Origin: Octopus sinensis
Taxonomy: Eukaryota
Direction of reading: 5' to 3'
Assembly (NCBI RefSeq): GCF_006345805.1
Contig: NC_043004.1
Span: 53,320,001 to 53,384,000, forward strand
Length of the DNA stretch: 64,000 bases
Positions 27,544 to 40,058 of this stretch are shown piece by piece; position 1 is the first letter of the stretch; every line of letters begins with the position of its first letter. The translations under genes and the position numbers were made by a program. Below the pieces are notes generated by a model. It ran no database searches. It saw only the letters and a list, made by a program, of their open reading frames with translations, and was not told the DNA's origin.

Positions 27544-28124
27544 TGTGAGTGTGTGGTTGAGTCTACGAGTAGAGATAGGGAAAAGATTGATATTGTTATA
27601 GACATAAAATGTACAAACCCACAGGACACATAATTAGTATTAACGCAGTATTTTTCGTCAACAAATGCCCTAATATTTTGAAACTATAAAATTAAGTCTA
27701 TACACTGGCGATGTGAACGGTAAGAGCCAGTGTCTGATCGTTTCTTGTGCACGTCTTCTTGTACAGCATATCCTGTTTCCAGAGTTATATCCCTCATTAG
27801 ACGGCGTCAAATAATTGAAGTAACTCTGAGGAAAAATGATAATGTTATCACTATAGTGCCGTTCAATACATTTCTCATGATAACGGATGATGCGGTGAAG
27901 AGAGCTGCTTTTATACCCAGTTGGTTTAAACAAACATGCGAGGAATATCTCTCTCAAAATGTTCAAAACATACATGGACATATTCGGTTAGGTGGATTAA
28001 TACATTATCGGGTATGTGGGTTTATACATTATCAGTGGATCTAATAACTGTAATTATGTACTTGGAACTATCACAAAAACTTGAAACAACTACTCAATAT
28101 AGTGAGTAGAGTAAATATTGATTT

Positions 28125-28335
28125 CAAATGTTGGTACAAAAACAACAGTTTCGCGGCAGGAAGTAAATCGATGACAGTGACCCCAGTGCTCAAGTGGTAC
28201 ATATTTCATCGACTCCGAAAGGAAAAAAAGCAAATCGACCTCGGAGTAATTTGATCATAGAGCATAAAGTGAGACGAAATGCCGCAAAGCAGTTTGCGCA
28301 CGGCTGTCCAGAATGTGCCAGTTCGCCGCCTTAGA
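28125..28335 (-). mobile_element. SINE family B, diverged copy
   Basis: Shared blocks (gaccccagtgctcaagtggtac, tcgactccgaaagga, cgacctcggagtaatttga, gttcgccgcctt). Confidence 0.75.
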
Positions 28336-29205
28336 GAACAGTAAATATTAAATACATACTCTTAAACGTCTAACATGCTAAAGACTATTTATCTGAGCTT
28401 CTTTTATATGTTGCTAAAGTTCCTCTCGAAATATTTACTGATAGGACACAATATGCTTAGCTAGTGAAACTTACTACCGTCGCATGACAATCATGGAGTA
28501 TATTAACGCAGGTTATGAATACCAAACAATTTGTACTACACGTCCTCATACAAACAATAGCTTCAGATTACTTAAACAGTTAATGATCTTAGAAACCGAT
28601 TCTTTTTTTTTTCAGTTACATAAAATAATCCCTTCATCTAAAGCTTTATGACATCTGATCCTGTCATATGAAAGGAATATTAAACTTTAATATGCAAGGT
28701 TATGCAAAGCGCATTCTTTGCTTTTTACCAAGCGACTGTCGCAGGACCACTTAAAATGTAATTTTAATAGGTTATACATCAGCATGAGCAACAAAAGTTT
28801 CAACATGCAGCACCGAAAACATGTTCTCATTTAGACGCACACGTAATAATCAGCATTTAGTTATCAAGTTCTTACAGAGAATGAAATATCTCTTGCGCCA
28901 TACTACACTGCAGTAACAAATTCTACAGATTTTACAGTTCAAGGTCCAATGAAAAATAAAAATATTATCTATCCACACAAAAGCAATAGACACATCAAAT
29001 GTACGATGGCGGTAAATTTTTGATTGCCATTGTTTCTCACGTCAAAAGAGTCAGTGATTAAGAATGTATATATTAGTATGTTAAACTAAAAAAAAACATA
29101 ATAAATAAAACGACGTAAAACCGTAAACCACATCCTCCGAAACTCGTACAAAGGACACAAAATTGAGGATTATGTATATGCATATGTGTGTGTGTGAACA
29201 CTACA

Positions 29206-29287
<82 letters not shown>

Positions 29288-29572
29288 TATATGTGTGTAT
29301 ATCTAATTATTATGTACGTTATATTATTTTTGTAATTTACTTAATCTTTACTTTTTAATTGTTATTTTAATTTTAACTTTTCTATTATATGTAATTTTCT
29401 AGATGTTGTAATTTAATTATTTATTTCGAATTGATAAAAGATGGTTTTTTTCTAATATTTTATATATACATTATATTGGGTGGAATTTGATCTAGTATTT
29501 CTAAATTGAATTCTTTTTCCTTGTAAGTTTGAATTTTATTCCCTCAAATAATAATTATATATATATATATAT

Positions 29573-29762
29573 ATAAATGTGAAATAAGGTGGAAAAAAAG
29601 AGTACTCAAATACCAGTGGTAGAGTAATATGCTTTATTTAAAGCAGCAGAAAATTCAACAAAATCTGTTACTCTGAGTTTCTCGTTGCCGTTCATCAAAC
29701 AGTTTTTGCTAGCAAAAACTGTCTGATGAACGGCAACGAGAAACTCAGAGTAACAGATTTTG

Positions 29763-29768
<6 letters not shown>
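29573..29768. mobile_element. HHR-bearing element ending in a 116-bp spacerless palindrome (29653-29768), flanked by (TA)n
   Basis: Centre between 29710 and 29711, one mismatch; same family as 53634-53848. Confidence 0.9.
29719..29756 (+). ncRNA. Type-I hammerhead motif
   Basis: CTGT-CTGATGA-A-CG-GCAA-CG-A-GAAA-CTCAGAG-TA^-ACAG. Stem I 4 bp, GNRA-capped minimal stem II with A.A closure, stem III ACTC-A-GAGT. Confidence 0.75.
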
Positions 29769-29800
<32 letters not shown>

Positions 29801-30097
29801 TTATATATCAATATATATCAATATATATGTATATATACTTCGTTATGGGATATGGTTTGTAAGATTGTTTATGTGTTCGTGTTTTGCAGCATATTTTGTT
29901 GTGTCTGGGGCAAGTAATTATTTTTAGTGGCTTATTATTTAGCACACTCACCGTTAAAGTTTCCACTCATTTATTTATTTTTTTAAACTTTTTGTTGCGG
30001 TGGGTGTCGAAGAAGTGTATACGAATGTCAGAGAATAGTATATACATGACAAGGTAGGGTTAACAAAAGAGAAAGACACTCCCCAGCAAAACAACAC

Positions 30098-30148
<51 letters not shown>

Positions 30149-32649
30149 TGGCCTATGTTGATAAAAATGTGGAAAATCTAGCGGCCAAAATTAACCTATT
30201 CGGCAGCTTACCGGAACATTATGCGTAGCAGTCATCGCGTGGCTTCAATAAAGGTAACAAGGATAACCTGAAAGAATGCTAAATGATATTGGCATAGTAT
30301 TAAGTATCCAACGATTATATGGGTATGATACTCTGAGACTGTTGCTTCAGCATAGAGCTGTTGCTACAAATTTACAGGCCGTGTGTCCAGCAATTTAATC
30401 TGAGAAGGGCTTATATAGTGCAAACCATATATTTCTTTGAAAATGATCGAGAATGGTTAATAATCGTACATTTGCAGACCAGCTGAGATAGATATTTGTT
30501 GCAAGTTTTATTTCTGCTCTTCGTGTCTACCACAAAATTTATACGATTCACGACAGAAGAGTAATAATGAGCATTGAAAATCTAAAAGGAACCTAGATGT
30601 TGCGTGCACTGAACAACTCGTTGGTGCAATTCAAGCGTTCAGCTGTTTACTACAGCTTGCCAGATGCAGATCACCAGTAGTACTTGTTCATCGAGGGTAT
30701 ACATTTCCACCGATGAAAATGATCACATAGATTTGTACAACAAAGACAGATGATTATTTTGGTGTTAATTAGCAGAATACTTAATGAAGTAGGGGAGCCT
30801 GATATGCATTAATGATCCAAAGGGTAGGTATAGAAAATTGTTCACTTCTAAAGTTACAACTGTAATATTTTCGCAAAATTTAACTTATCTAATCAAAACG
30901 AATTTAAAATAACATCTGATTGTCTGTAAATGAAAATAGATAAATTTAATAAATTTGTAATTCTCTGAGAGAGCGTTTGTATTTGGACAAAATGCATTTT
31001 ATATTAAAAGCATGTGTCTTAAACTGATAAACAATACACATTCAAAATTTTGCTTTTATGCCATCAGTGAAGCCATGGGTGTCGAACAAGTGTATACGAA
31101 TGTCAGGGAATAGTATACATATGAAAAAATAGGGTTAACAAATTTTGCATTCTTTTATCTGTCCTCTTCGCTACAGCTTTTCTCAATACAAGCATATTTA
31201 GATATAAACGTCAAAATGAGGTTCATAAATATTCAACATTTTATATTTAAGCACATTTAAACATTTAAAACTTGAAATTCAATGTTCGAATAATGGAACG
31301 ACAATTTCTTAATGAAACATTAAGAGTGAAATCTCAGAAACTTCAGCGATAAGTGGGAAGCAGGCAGGTAGGAAAGGTAGAAAACAGAGAGAGATAATGA
31401 ATAAAGCACAAATTAAAATGTCTAAGCGGAAATTAGAAAAGATAAAAGAATACAGAAAATGAGAGAGAAACGGTTTAAAGAAAAGAAAAAATAAGGAGAA
31501 AGATGGGGACAAAATAGAGTAATACAGGTAAAAAGAATCATGTAAAGAATATGATTACAATAACGTGCATTCATGCATTCGTTGCTGTTATCTTTGAAGA
31601 GTATATATGAAGCATGGAGGGATTGCGAGAGAAAGGGAGAAATAAAATGAGATGTAGAAGGAAAAAGAAAAGGGCAAGAGTATAAAGAGTGATAAATTTG
31701 GTAACTATAGAAAGGAAGCGGCTGATCAGACACATTAAATCGAATATTATGACATGATATTTAAAATTCCAACGGAACAATAGGTTTTCTATTTGTAAAT
31801 AACGAAGATATGTGGATAGAAAACAGTGCAGAGTTTTTAGAGGATGTAAGCTTTACAACAATCAACTTCGCGTAACTGTTCACATAACGTTTTCATGTTT
31901 TTATGAAGATGCAGTTTAAGGAAGAAAACTTTTCCTAACGAACGAATATAATATGCTCTTTAGATAATTTCGCAAAGGTTCCGGAAATTTTTCAAAAATT
32001 ATGCGCAAAAGGCTTACTGAAATAACAGTTGAGATCTAAGGTCTAATATGTAAGTTCTAACCGAGTCATTTGGTTCGTTATCTTTAACTGCCACAAATTA
32101 ACAATTACAACCTTCACTAGCCTTGATATTTGTGTGCGTGCGTGTGTGTGTGTGTTGTGTTTGTACGTATGTGCGCACGTGTGTGTGAGTGTGTGTGTGT
32201 GTGTGTGTGTTTGTGTGTGTGTGTCATATAACGTACACCAGTACAGCCTGTTTCATGGTCTCCTAATCGGTGACAAAATCAAGTTCGTCCATTAAGCATT
32301 TTAACCTTAAGAGAATTGCTCGAAAATCAGTGAAGATGACAGATTCACATAAGATAGTATTAATAATTATCACGTGGCAATGCAAAGATTTAGAAACTTC
32401 AGGTTCTTAATCGATGTACTGGGAGTGTGACAACTATTGGCTTTACTCAAAGCAGGTCTCCCGCAGAATGCTCAACCGTATATATATACTGGAGGTAAGA
32501 CTGTTCAGTCGGTGTGGCCTCGACAGATGTAGTAGGAAGCTAAACTGGGAGAAGCAAAGTCCCAGTGAGAACCTGTGAAGAAAGGACGGTAAAATAAGTG
32601 CTGTGGCAGTAGATCAGCAGTCTCAATTATCAAGATCACACATGCCCTT

Positions 32650-33350
32650 CAGTTTTTATAGAATGTCCTCTAGAACGATACTATTCCCGTAATGTTTTGT
32701 TTGGTGTGAGGAGACAACAGAGCGCAGCAGTATTCTCGGTGTGGCTGTACAAAGGAGGAGAGTAGATGAATAATGACTTCTTCCTGTCTGGACCATAAAG
32801 TTCTGAAGGTACAGAAGCTCATTCTGTGAGCCATATGGATTTTGTTGATGTGGGCATTCCAACTCGTGTCAACAATCACTCCTAAATTATTGTTATTATT
32901 TGATATTGTGAGAAGTTTCTCCGAATGAAGGTATTTTTAAGGACGGTCTTAGAATGGTGCACGAGTTCAAATTTTCCCTCATTTAACAGAATTTTGTCTT
33001 TGCTACCCATTGAGAGCAGACTGGGGTTTATTTAATTTGGTCTACTTCTTTCATAATTTTCTGGAGCTTAGCCATCTGCGAATATTTTCATTTTCCTGCG
33101 TTTGATAGCACATCAGGTGTCGTTTGTTTAGACTACAAAGAGAAGCTGGATCAAAAGCGCATCTCCTGAAGAACTTCATGGGTAACATTTGTGGGGCTTA
33201 AGTGGATTACACCGATGAACAATATGTTATGTATGTTATGTTCACCAAGACAACATTTAATCGAGTGTAGTATTCTTCCATGGATTTCAACGTTTAACAA
33301 TTTCGGTAAGAAGATATTGTGGTCTACACTACCGAACGCCTTACTGAAAT
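32650..33350 (-). mobile_element. Decayed CR1/L2-type LINE reverse transcriptase fragment
   Basis: DFSKAFGSVDHNIF, KIFADG*, and VDTSWNAHINKI...SFCTFRTLWSRQEEVIIHLLSSFVQPHREYCCALLSPHTKQNI, resembling L.W..HI...RTF.SR....L....V.P.LEY...W.P. Confidence 0.8.
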
Positions 33351-34181
33351 CAAAAAGTTAAGATATACAACAGTAGAGACCGAACTTGATAACTAATACA
33401 CACACACACACACATGTATATGTATATGTATGTATGAATGTATATGTGAATATATATACAAATATATATATGTGTATATATATATATATACATATGTGTG
33501 TGTATATATATTACACACACACATATATATATATATATAGATATGTAAATATATATATGTACATATATATGTGTCCATATACATATATACATATGTGTAT
33601 ATAAACTTATATATATATATTTCTTTATTATCTTATATATATGCGTGTATACATACATGTATATATATAGCCATTTGTGTGTGTATGTATGTATGTATGT
33701 ATGTATGTATATTTGTATGTATACATATCAGTAGGTTAAACTATTTTATTTTGATATCAGTAAGAAGTTTTAGAACTACATCCGCATTCATCAACTTTCT
33801 CAATGTTCCCAATTGGTTCTTACAACATGACACATTAACATTTTCAGTTCACCACCGTTGTTTCACTCCTTTTAATCTCTACCTCTAATATCTATGTTTT
33901 ATTCTTTCCGTATACATCTTTTTCACACGTATAGAAAAGTTCAGCTCCTCACTTATCCATCGTATATATTTCTTTCTTTCAAATATATTCACTTCGAAGG
34001 AAAATCTGCAAAACGCCATCTCTGTAATTTGGAAACTTTCATCTTTTCTTATATCTTCCCTTGTGATATGCTTAATGTCTCCTCTGCCTTGCTTTTCCTT
34101 ACCTCTTATTCATCTTTTCTCTATGATTGACTCCTCATTCTGGATATACATATACCACCAGAATCACGCATATGTGTAGAA

Positions 34182-34224
<43 letters not shown>

Positions 34225-34503
34225 ATATATATATATATATATACAAATGCACACATATGCATCATATGCACATGTGTATTTATATTATATATATATGCAT
34301 AGTATCATACATGTAGTATATATATATATATATATATGCATAGTTATTCATACATGTATGTAATTATATATATACATGTGTGTGGTGTGTGTGCGTGTGT
34401 GTGTAGGTATATATGTAGGAGAGTTTGATAGAAAGCTTCATAGTTAGTTAAGTAGTGATACATATAGCTATACATAGATAGATAGACACACAGACAGACT
34501 GAC

Positions 34504-34591
<88 letters not shown>

Positions 34592-34593
<2 letters not shown>

Positions 34594-35435
34594 GTTTCTT
34601 TATTGGCCACACAGGGCTGCACACAGATGGGACAAGGTAGAGCTTTTCTTTTGGGGGATGAAGAGAACAAAAAACAAAAGAAAAAAAAAGGGGTGGCGTA
34701 GGTTTTCGATCAAGAGGGATCGTAAAAGGGAAGCAAAGAACAAAAACAAAAACAAAAATAAAAAAAATTAAAAAATAAAAAGAATAAAAAGGATAAAAAG
34801 AAGAAAAAAAAGAAAAGGAAAAGGAACAAAAGGAAAGAGAAATGAAAAAAGAAGAAAAAAGGGGGAAAAAAGGGGAAGAGGAAAAAAAAAAAAAAAGAAC
34901 GATCAATAGGGATCGTGTATCACAGTGTTATGATATATGGTGTAAAGGGGAATGCAAGTAAGGTTTATCCGTGGGAAGAAAAGCCTACAAAAAAGACCAC
35001 GGTAACCTTGGTCAATATTGTTATATGTTACCACATTTGTTTGCAAGTGGGTAACCCTCTGTTTTCAATTTCTGGGTTCATAGGACCATGCTCAAGGTGG
35101 CTTTGTCATTCATACGTGCCATCCTTGCTACATTCACCCATCTTTTTTGAAAACATTCGCTAGACAAAACTTGCCTCTCTACTCTCCCTTTCCTTTTCAA
35201 GTGGTACTTGAAGAAGTTGATGAGAGATTGACCAGAGAGGAAAGTGTTTGTCTCCAATCCTTTCAGACGCGTCCACCAGATACATTCTTTCGCCATAGCC
35301 GCAAGGATGATGAAAATAGCTCTTCCTTCCGGTTTGAAGGAAGGAGGCGTGACAATATTGACGATAGACTCAGCTGATAAACCGACTCGTCCCACACGTG
35401 ACAGCAGTTGTTCGACACAAGCCCACAGGTCGGAA
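34592..35435 (-). mobile_element. Tx1-like L1 element, ~840-bp 5'-truncated copy in (GATA)n
   Basis: ORF ...GRVGLSAESIVNIVTPPSFKPEGRAIFIILAAMAKECIWWTRLKG...; same 3' end as the 15-17 kb copies; (GATA)n on both sides. Confidence 0.9.
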
Positions 35436-35516
<81 letters not shown>

Positions 35517-35849
35517 TAGGCAGGCAGGCAGACAGTCGGATAGACTGACAGACCGATAGAACGGCGTATTGTGTTCTTAAGAAAAGAAACTACAATTGAA
35601 GTTGTTCTTGTCTACTAAGCTGTAAATGATTAACGTGGCAAGGCAACCCAACTCTCCACCTTCTGATCACAAGGAATGTTTGCCTGCTTGCATAATTCTG
35701 CTTATACTTACTCTCTGCTTCGCACTGACATTTCGATATTTACCTCGGTCGGGCAATCTACAAGCAGAAGTAAGTCAACGTGTTGACTGAATTATATATA
35801 AAGTTACAATTTTATTAAGTTCCTTCAGAGTTGCCTCTCTTCGGTACAT

Positions 35850-35894
35850 CACATAGACAAGAGTAAAAAAAAACTCGAAACATCGATATCTGGG
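35850..35894 (+). ncRNA. Degenerate hammerhead motif of U3-A8 type
   Basis: CACA-TAGACAA-GAGT-(A8)-ACTC-GAAA-CATCGATA-TC-TGGG; three substitutions from an ideal fold. Confidence 0.45.
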
Positions 35895-36079
35895 ATTTCT
35901 AATAGATGCCGACAATGAAGGAACTTGGTGTCTTCAAACCTTTTTACCATAAGAGGGAACTTTTTCTCCATAATAACTGCAGTGTATTTGCCTTTCAGCA
36001 GATGAAATATGTGTCTAACACATTTCAACTTACCGAATTCTGCTTATTCTTACATACTGCTTCGTGCTGACACATCGTC

Positions 36080-36191
<112 letters not shown>

Positions 36192-36228
36192 TATATATAC
36201 ACATATATATATATACACATATATATAT

Positions 36229-36655
36229 ATACGGTCATCCCATAGATAGTGCTGTTTTTCCAATCGCATGAACTAAAAGTCGGGTGGGGGCCTGGATAAA
36301 CTACCTTCATCAGCTTGCTATGAAAGCAGGTAGTAATTTTACCTTGTTATTCTTAATGCAAGTTTTGAAGAATGTAGTTTGATTTTAACAGTTATTTTTA
36401 CAAAGCCATAATGGAAGTGACAAAATAGCCTATTCGGCTTATTTTGTTTTATAGGTCCAATAAAAGCAACAATGGAATGGAAAGTGCGAGGAATATAAAT
36501 ACAGTATATGCTTACGTGTAAGCCAGCGTCAACGATGTTTCCAGAGACTCCGAACCGGAAACTATACTTAGAAGATGAGCCACGTCCTGGAAGATTTGTA
36601 GAGCTCGACGAGGACGTCCTGGAAAACCTGGTAGAACAAAATCCAGGAAATGTTA
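36229..36655 (+). mobile_element. Mariner transposon 5' half (TIR and HTH region)
   Basis: MEVTK*PIRLILFYRSNKSNNGMESARNINTVY and LEDEPRPGRFVELDEDVLENLVEQNP, matching mariner LED.PRSGRP...D...L...VE.NP. Confidence 0.8.
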
Positions 36656-36770
36656 TGGTTTTCCAAGGAAACGAACGATGAAAACGACACGCTGCCGTTT
36701 CAGTTTCATCTTGCAAATCTTAAGAACGAGTAAAAAGATTATGCGCTTTATTGTATATTAATAGCTATTA

Positions 36771-37150
36771 GGCGCAGGAGTGGCTGTGTGGTAAGTAGCT
36801 TGCTAACCAACCACATGGTTCCGGGTTCAGTCCCACTGCGTGGCATCTTGGGGCCGACCAATGCCTTGTGAGTGGATTTGGTAGACGGACACTGAAAGAA
36901 GCCTGTCGTATATATGTATATATATATATATATGTGTGTGTGTGTTTGTGTGTCTGTGTTTGTCCCCCTAGCATTGCTTGACAACCGATGCTGGTGTGTT
37001 TACGTCCCCGTCACTTAACGGTTCGGCAAAAAAGAGACCGATAGAATAAGTACTGGGCTTACAAAGAATAAGTCCAGGTGTCGATTTGCTCGACTAAAGG
37101 CGGTGCTCCAGCATGGCCGCAGGCAAATGACTGAAACAAGTAAAAAAAAG
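36771..37150 (+). mobile_element. tRNA-derived SINE, family C (internal (TA)n(TG)n tract)
   Basis: Head ggcgcaggagtggctgtgtggtaagtagcttgc...ggttcagtccc; copies at 40372-40780 and 63728-63884 (minus, partial). Confidence 0.9.
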
Positions 37151-37804
37151 AGGTGAAAATATACAACGGCTTAGAATATAAATAGCAATGCTTTTTGAAT
37201 GATTAGCTGGGATTGAGGAGTAGTAGTTGTACTAGAGTACTAGATGCGGTATGATGCTGATAATGACCGGTATTTGTTCATTTCGATGGCGAACGATTAA
37301 CTAGATTTTGGAATATGTCTACGTGTGTGTGCGTGTGTATGTGTGTTGTATGAGTTTATGAATGAGTTTATATTTGTGTATGTAAGTCTATATCTCTCCC
37401 ACATTTGAAGTTGTCAGAAACTACTTCAAAAAATATAGAAATTCTTCAATGTCTGTGAATAATGGTGTGAAAAAAGCTGCGAATAAAACCAATGTTTGGA
37501 AACATTGAAGTCTTTCATCTGGAACAGAATGAAAAGAAAGATTTGACATTAAAATCTATAACGAATTGTTTCTTGTTTTTTGGTTCGAGCAATATATTTC
37601 ACAGCACGAATTCAAAGGTTATATGTTCGTACAAATCGGATATATGTTTGTACGCTTATACTCAAACACACACACAAACACACATACACACACACACCAC
37701 ATACACACACACAAACACTTACATATTCACTCACACACAAGCAAACACACACATGTATATATATATACTTATACATATATATACACATATACACATATTT
37801 ATAA

Positions 37805-37835
<31 letters not shown>

Positions 37836-37897
37836 TATACGTATACACACACATATATACACAGATACACACACATATATACATATATATATGTGTG

Positions 37898-37936
<39 letters not shown>

Positions 37937-39247
37937 AATGTATATATGTATGTATATATATATGAATATACGCGTGTGCTTGCATGGATGCTTATATGAA
38001 TACTGGTGCGCTCAATTGTCTTAGTGCCAGTGCGGGTGAAAATTTAAAAACAAACAAATAATTAAAGAGGTACATAAATATACTTGCGTGTACACACTTC
38101 AATACACAAATGTAGAGAAAATTACACACGTGCTCAATTATATAAACATATATAAGATGTTTAGAAAACAGCATAATTAAACCAAAAAGAAAAGAGGAAG
38201 AATGCGCTCGGATAATATTGAACATTAATATTAGAATACTTTGAACTCACAACAGATATATAGTTAGCGTTGTTTTTCACAAGAGTTAACAACACACGCC
38301 GAAACAATGTGATATTGAATCCATAAAGCACACACTAACTAGGTGGATAAAATTGAACCAACAGACAAACAATCACATGCACCAACACACATACACAAGC
38401 AAATACACACGCACACTTTACATACACATTTATGCACATACAGAATCGCACAAACATAGACACAAATATATGCAGAAAAGAGAAAGAATTCTCATAAACG
38501 TTAAGAATAGATTTGTTTGTGTATGTACATGAATGAATATATGTGCGTGTGTTTGTGTGTGTGTTTGTGTGTGTGTGTGTTTGTGTGTGCGTGTGTTTAT
38601 GTGTGTGTGCGCCTTTATATGTGTGTGTATGTTTATAGGTGTGTGTTTATATAGTTATGGTGCAACTCAAAAATTTTTGTTAATATTTTCTGCAATTTCA
38701 TTTCACTTGAATTGAAAATTTAAATTCCTTGAATTCATTATCCATATTTCTTCATCAACGCAATCTCATTGTTTGTAGAATGTTTGTTCCTAATTTTTCT
38801 TACAGTGGATATCAGATTTGTTATAACCAACGCTATAATATATTCCGAACGCTTCGAGCTGCTTGTTTCAATGTACTACAATTCACGGCACCCTACAAAA
38901 CTATATACGTAAATATTAATAACTTTTAGATCTTTTCTACGCGATACAGCAAAAGCAACAAAAATCATCATATGACGTAATCAATCACAAGAGCAAATAA
39001 CCGCTTAATTCTGAAATTTCAAATTACGTCCTTAATTTTAGCACCACTCATATTCTTCCTTTTAGCCGCATACCAAGAACATCATTCAGAATCTCTTAGA
39101 GGTGAGGTCTAAATACGGTGATGAGAGATATAGTAAATTCACTTTCTCAAACTGCAAAGATGTCAAAAATAATATGTAGAAAAAAAATTAAAAAATAAAG
39201 AGACTATATATATATATATACGGGTGTGTGTGATTGTGTATAGAACA

Positions 39248-39659
39248 ATATATTAATAAAAGGAATCCCAACCTTGTCTGATTTTCACGTTTTATTTACA
39301 ATGTTATAATGGTGTAATATAATATAATATAATAAAATAAAATAATAGAATGTTAAATGTTCCTTATGATTGAACTAGTACTTTCATGCATTAAATTCTG
39401 CAATCAGGTTCATGTAATAGTGGTGACAGTCATACTTCACAATTTTTAACACATTCAAAAATCGTGAAGTATGACTGTCACCACTACTACATGAACCTGA
39501 AGATTGCAGAATTTAATGCATGAAAGTACTAGTTCAATCAGAATGAACATTTAACATTCTATTATTTTATTTTATTATATTATATTATATTACACCATTA
39601 TAACATTGTAAATAAAACGTGAAAATCAGACAAGGTTGGGATTCCTTTTATTAATATAT
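39248..39659. mobile_element. Fold-back element, ~200-bp arms, 9-nt spacer, hammerhead motif in right arm
   Basis: Arms 39248-39447 and 39457-39659 with a few substitutions and indels; TA-rich flanks. Confidence 0.95.
39492..39536 (+). ncRNA. Type-I hammerhead motif
   Basis: TGAAC-CTGAAGA-T-TGCA-GAATTTAA-TGCA-T-GAAA-GTAC-TA^-GTTCA. Stem I 5 bp, palindromic stem III AGTACT, CUA triplet. Confidence 0.8.
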
Positions 39660-40021
39660 ATATATATACATAGCTTCATCAAAGACAGTGGTTCTGATAA
39701 TTTTTGCTATTCATAATATTCTTCTTTTCGAATTTTTCTTTCACAAACAAGTGGTGCACCAGCAGGACCACAGCCGCCTAGCTGAAACGAGTTGAAATGT
39801 AAAAGTGTAAAAAGAGAAACTGGAAAATGTAAATTATTTCTATAACAATTAAATAGAAAATAGTGAAATGATCCTAGAGAATGAAATTCACAAGTCCATT
39901 CAATCAACTATAAATATATCCACCAGAGGTTATTAGGAAATTATATATATGTGTGTGTGTGTGTATGCATGTATAAGAAATTTTAAAAAAACAATTTACA
40001 TAGTTTTAATATAATTTTTAA

Positions 40022-40058
40022 TATATCGACCGGTTTCGCTTTCGCTATCCATGATATA
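40022..40058 (-). ncRNA. Type-I hammerhead-like motif with A3-U8 core (plus A6G)
   Basis: Minus: TATATC-ATGGATA-GC-GAAA-GC-GAAA-CCGG-TC^-GATATA. Stem I 6 bp, GNRA-capped stem II, ACCGGT stem III. Confidence 0.6.

Noticed and set aside
30000-31140. ~65-bp direct repeats at ~30001 and ~31077 as LTR or pseudo-LTR pair
   Set aside because: Short and diverged, with no TSD, HHR or coding remnant that I could recognise between them.
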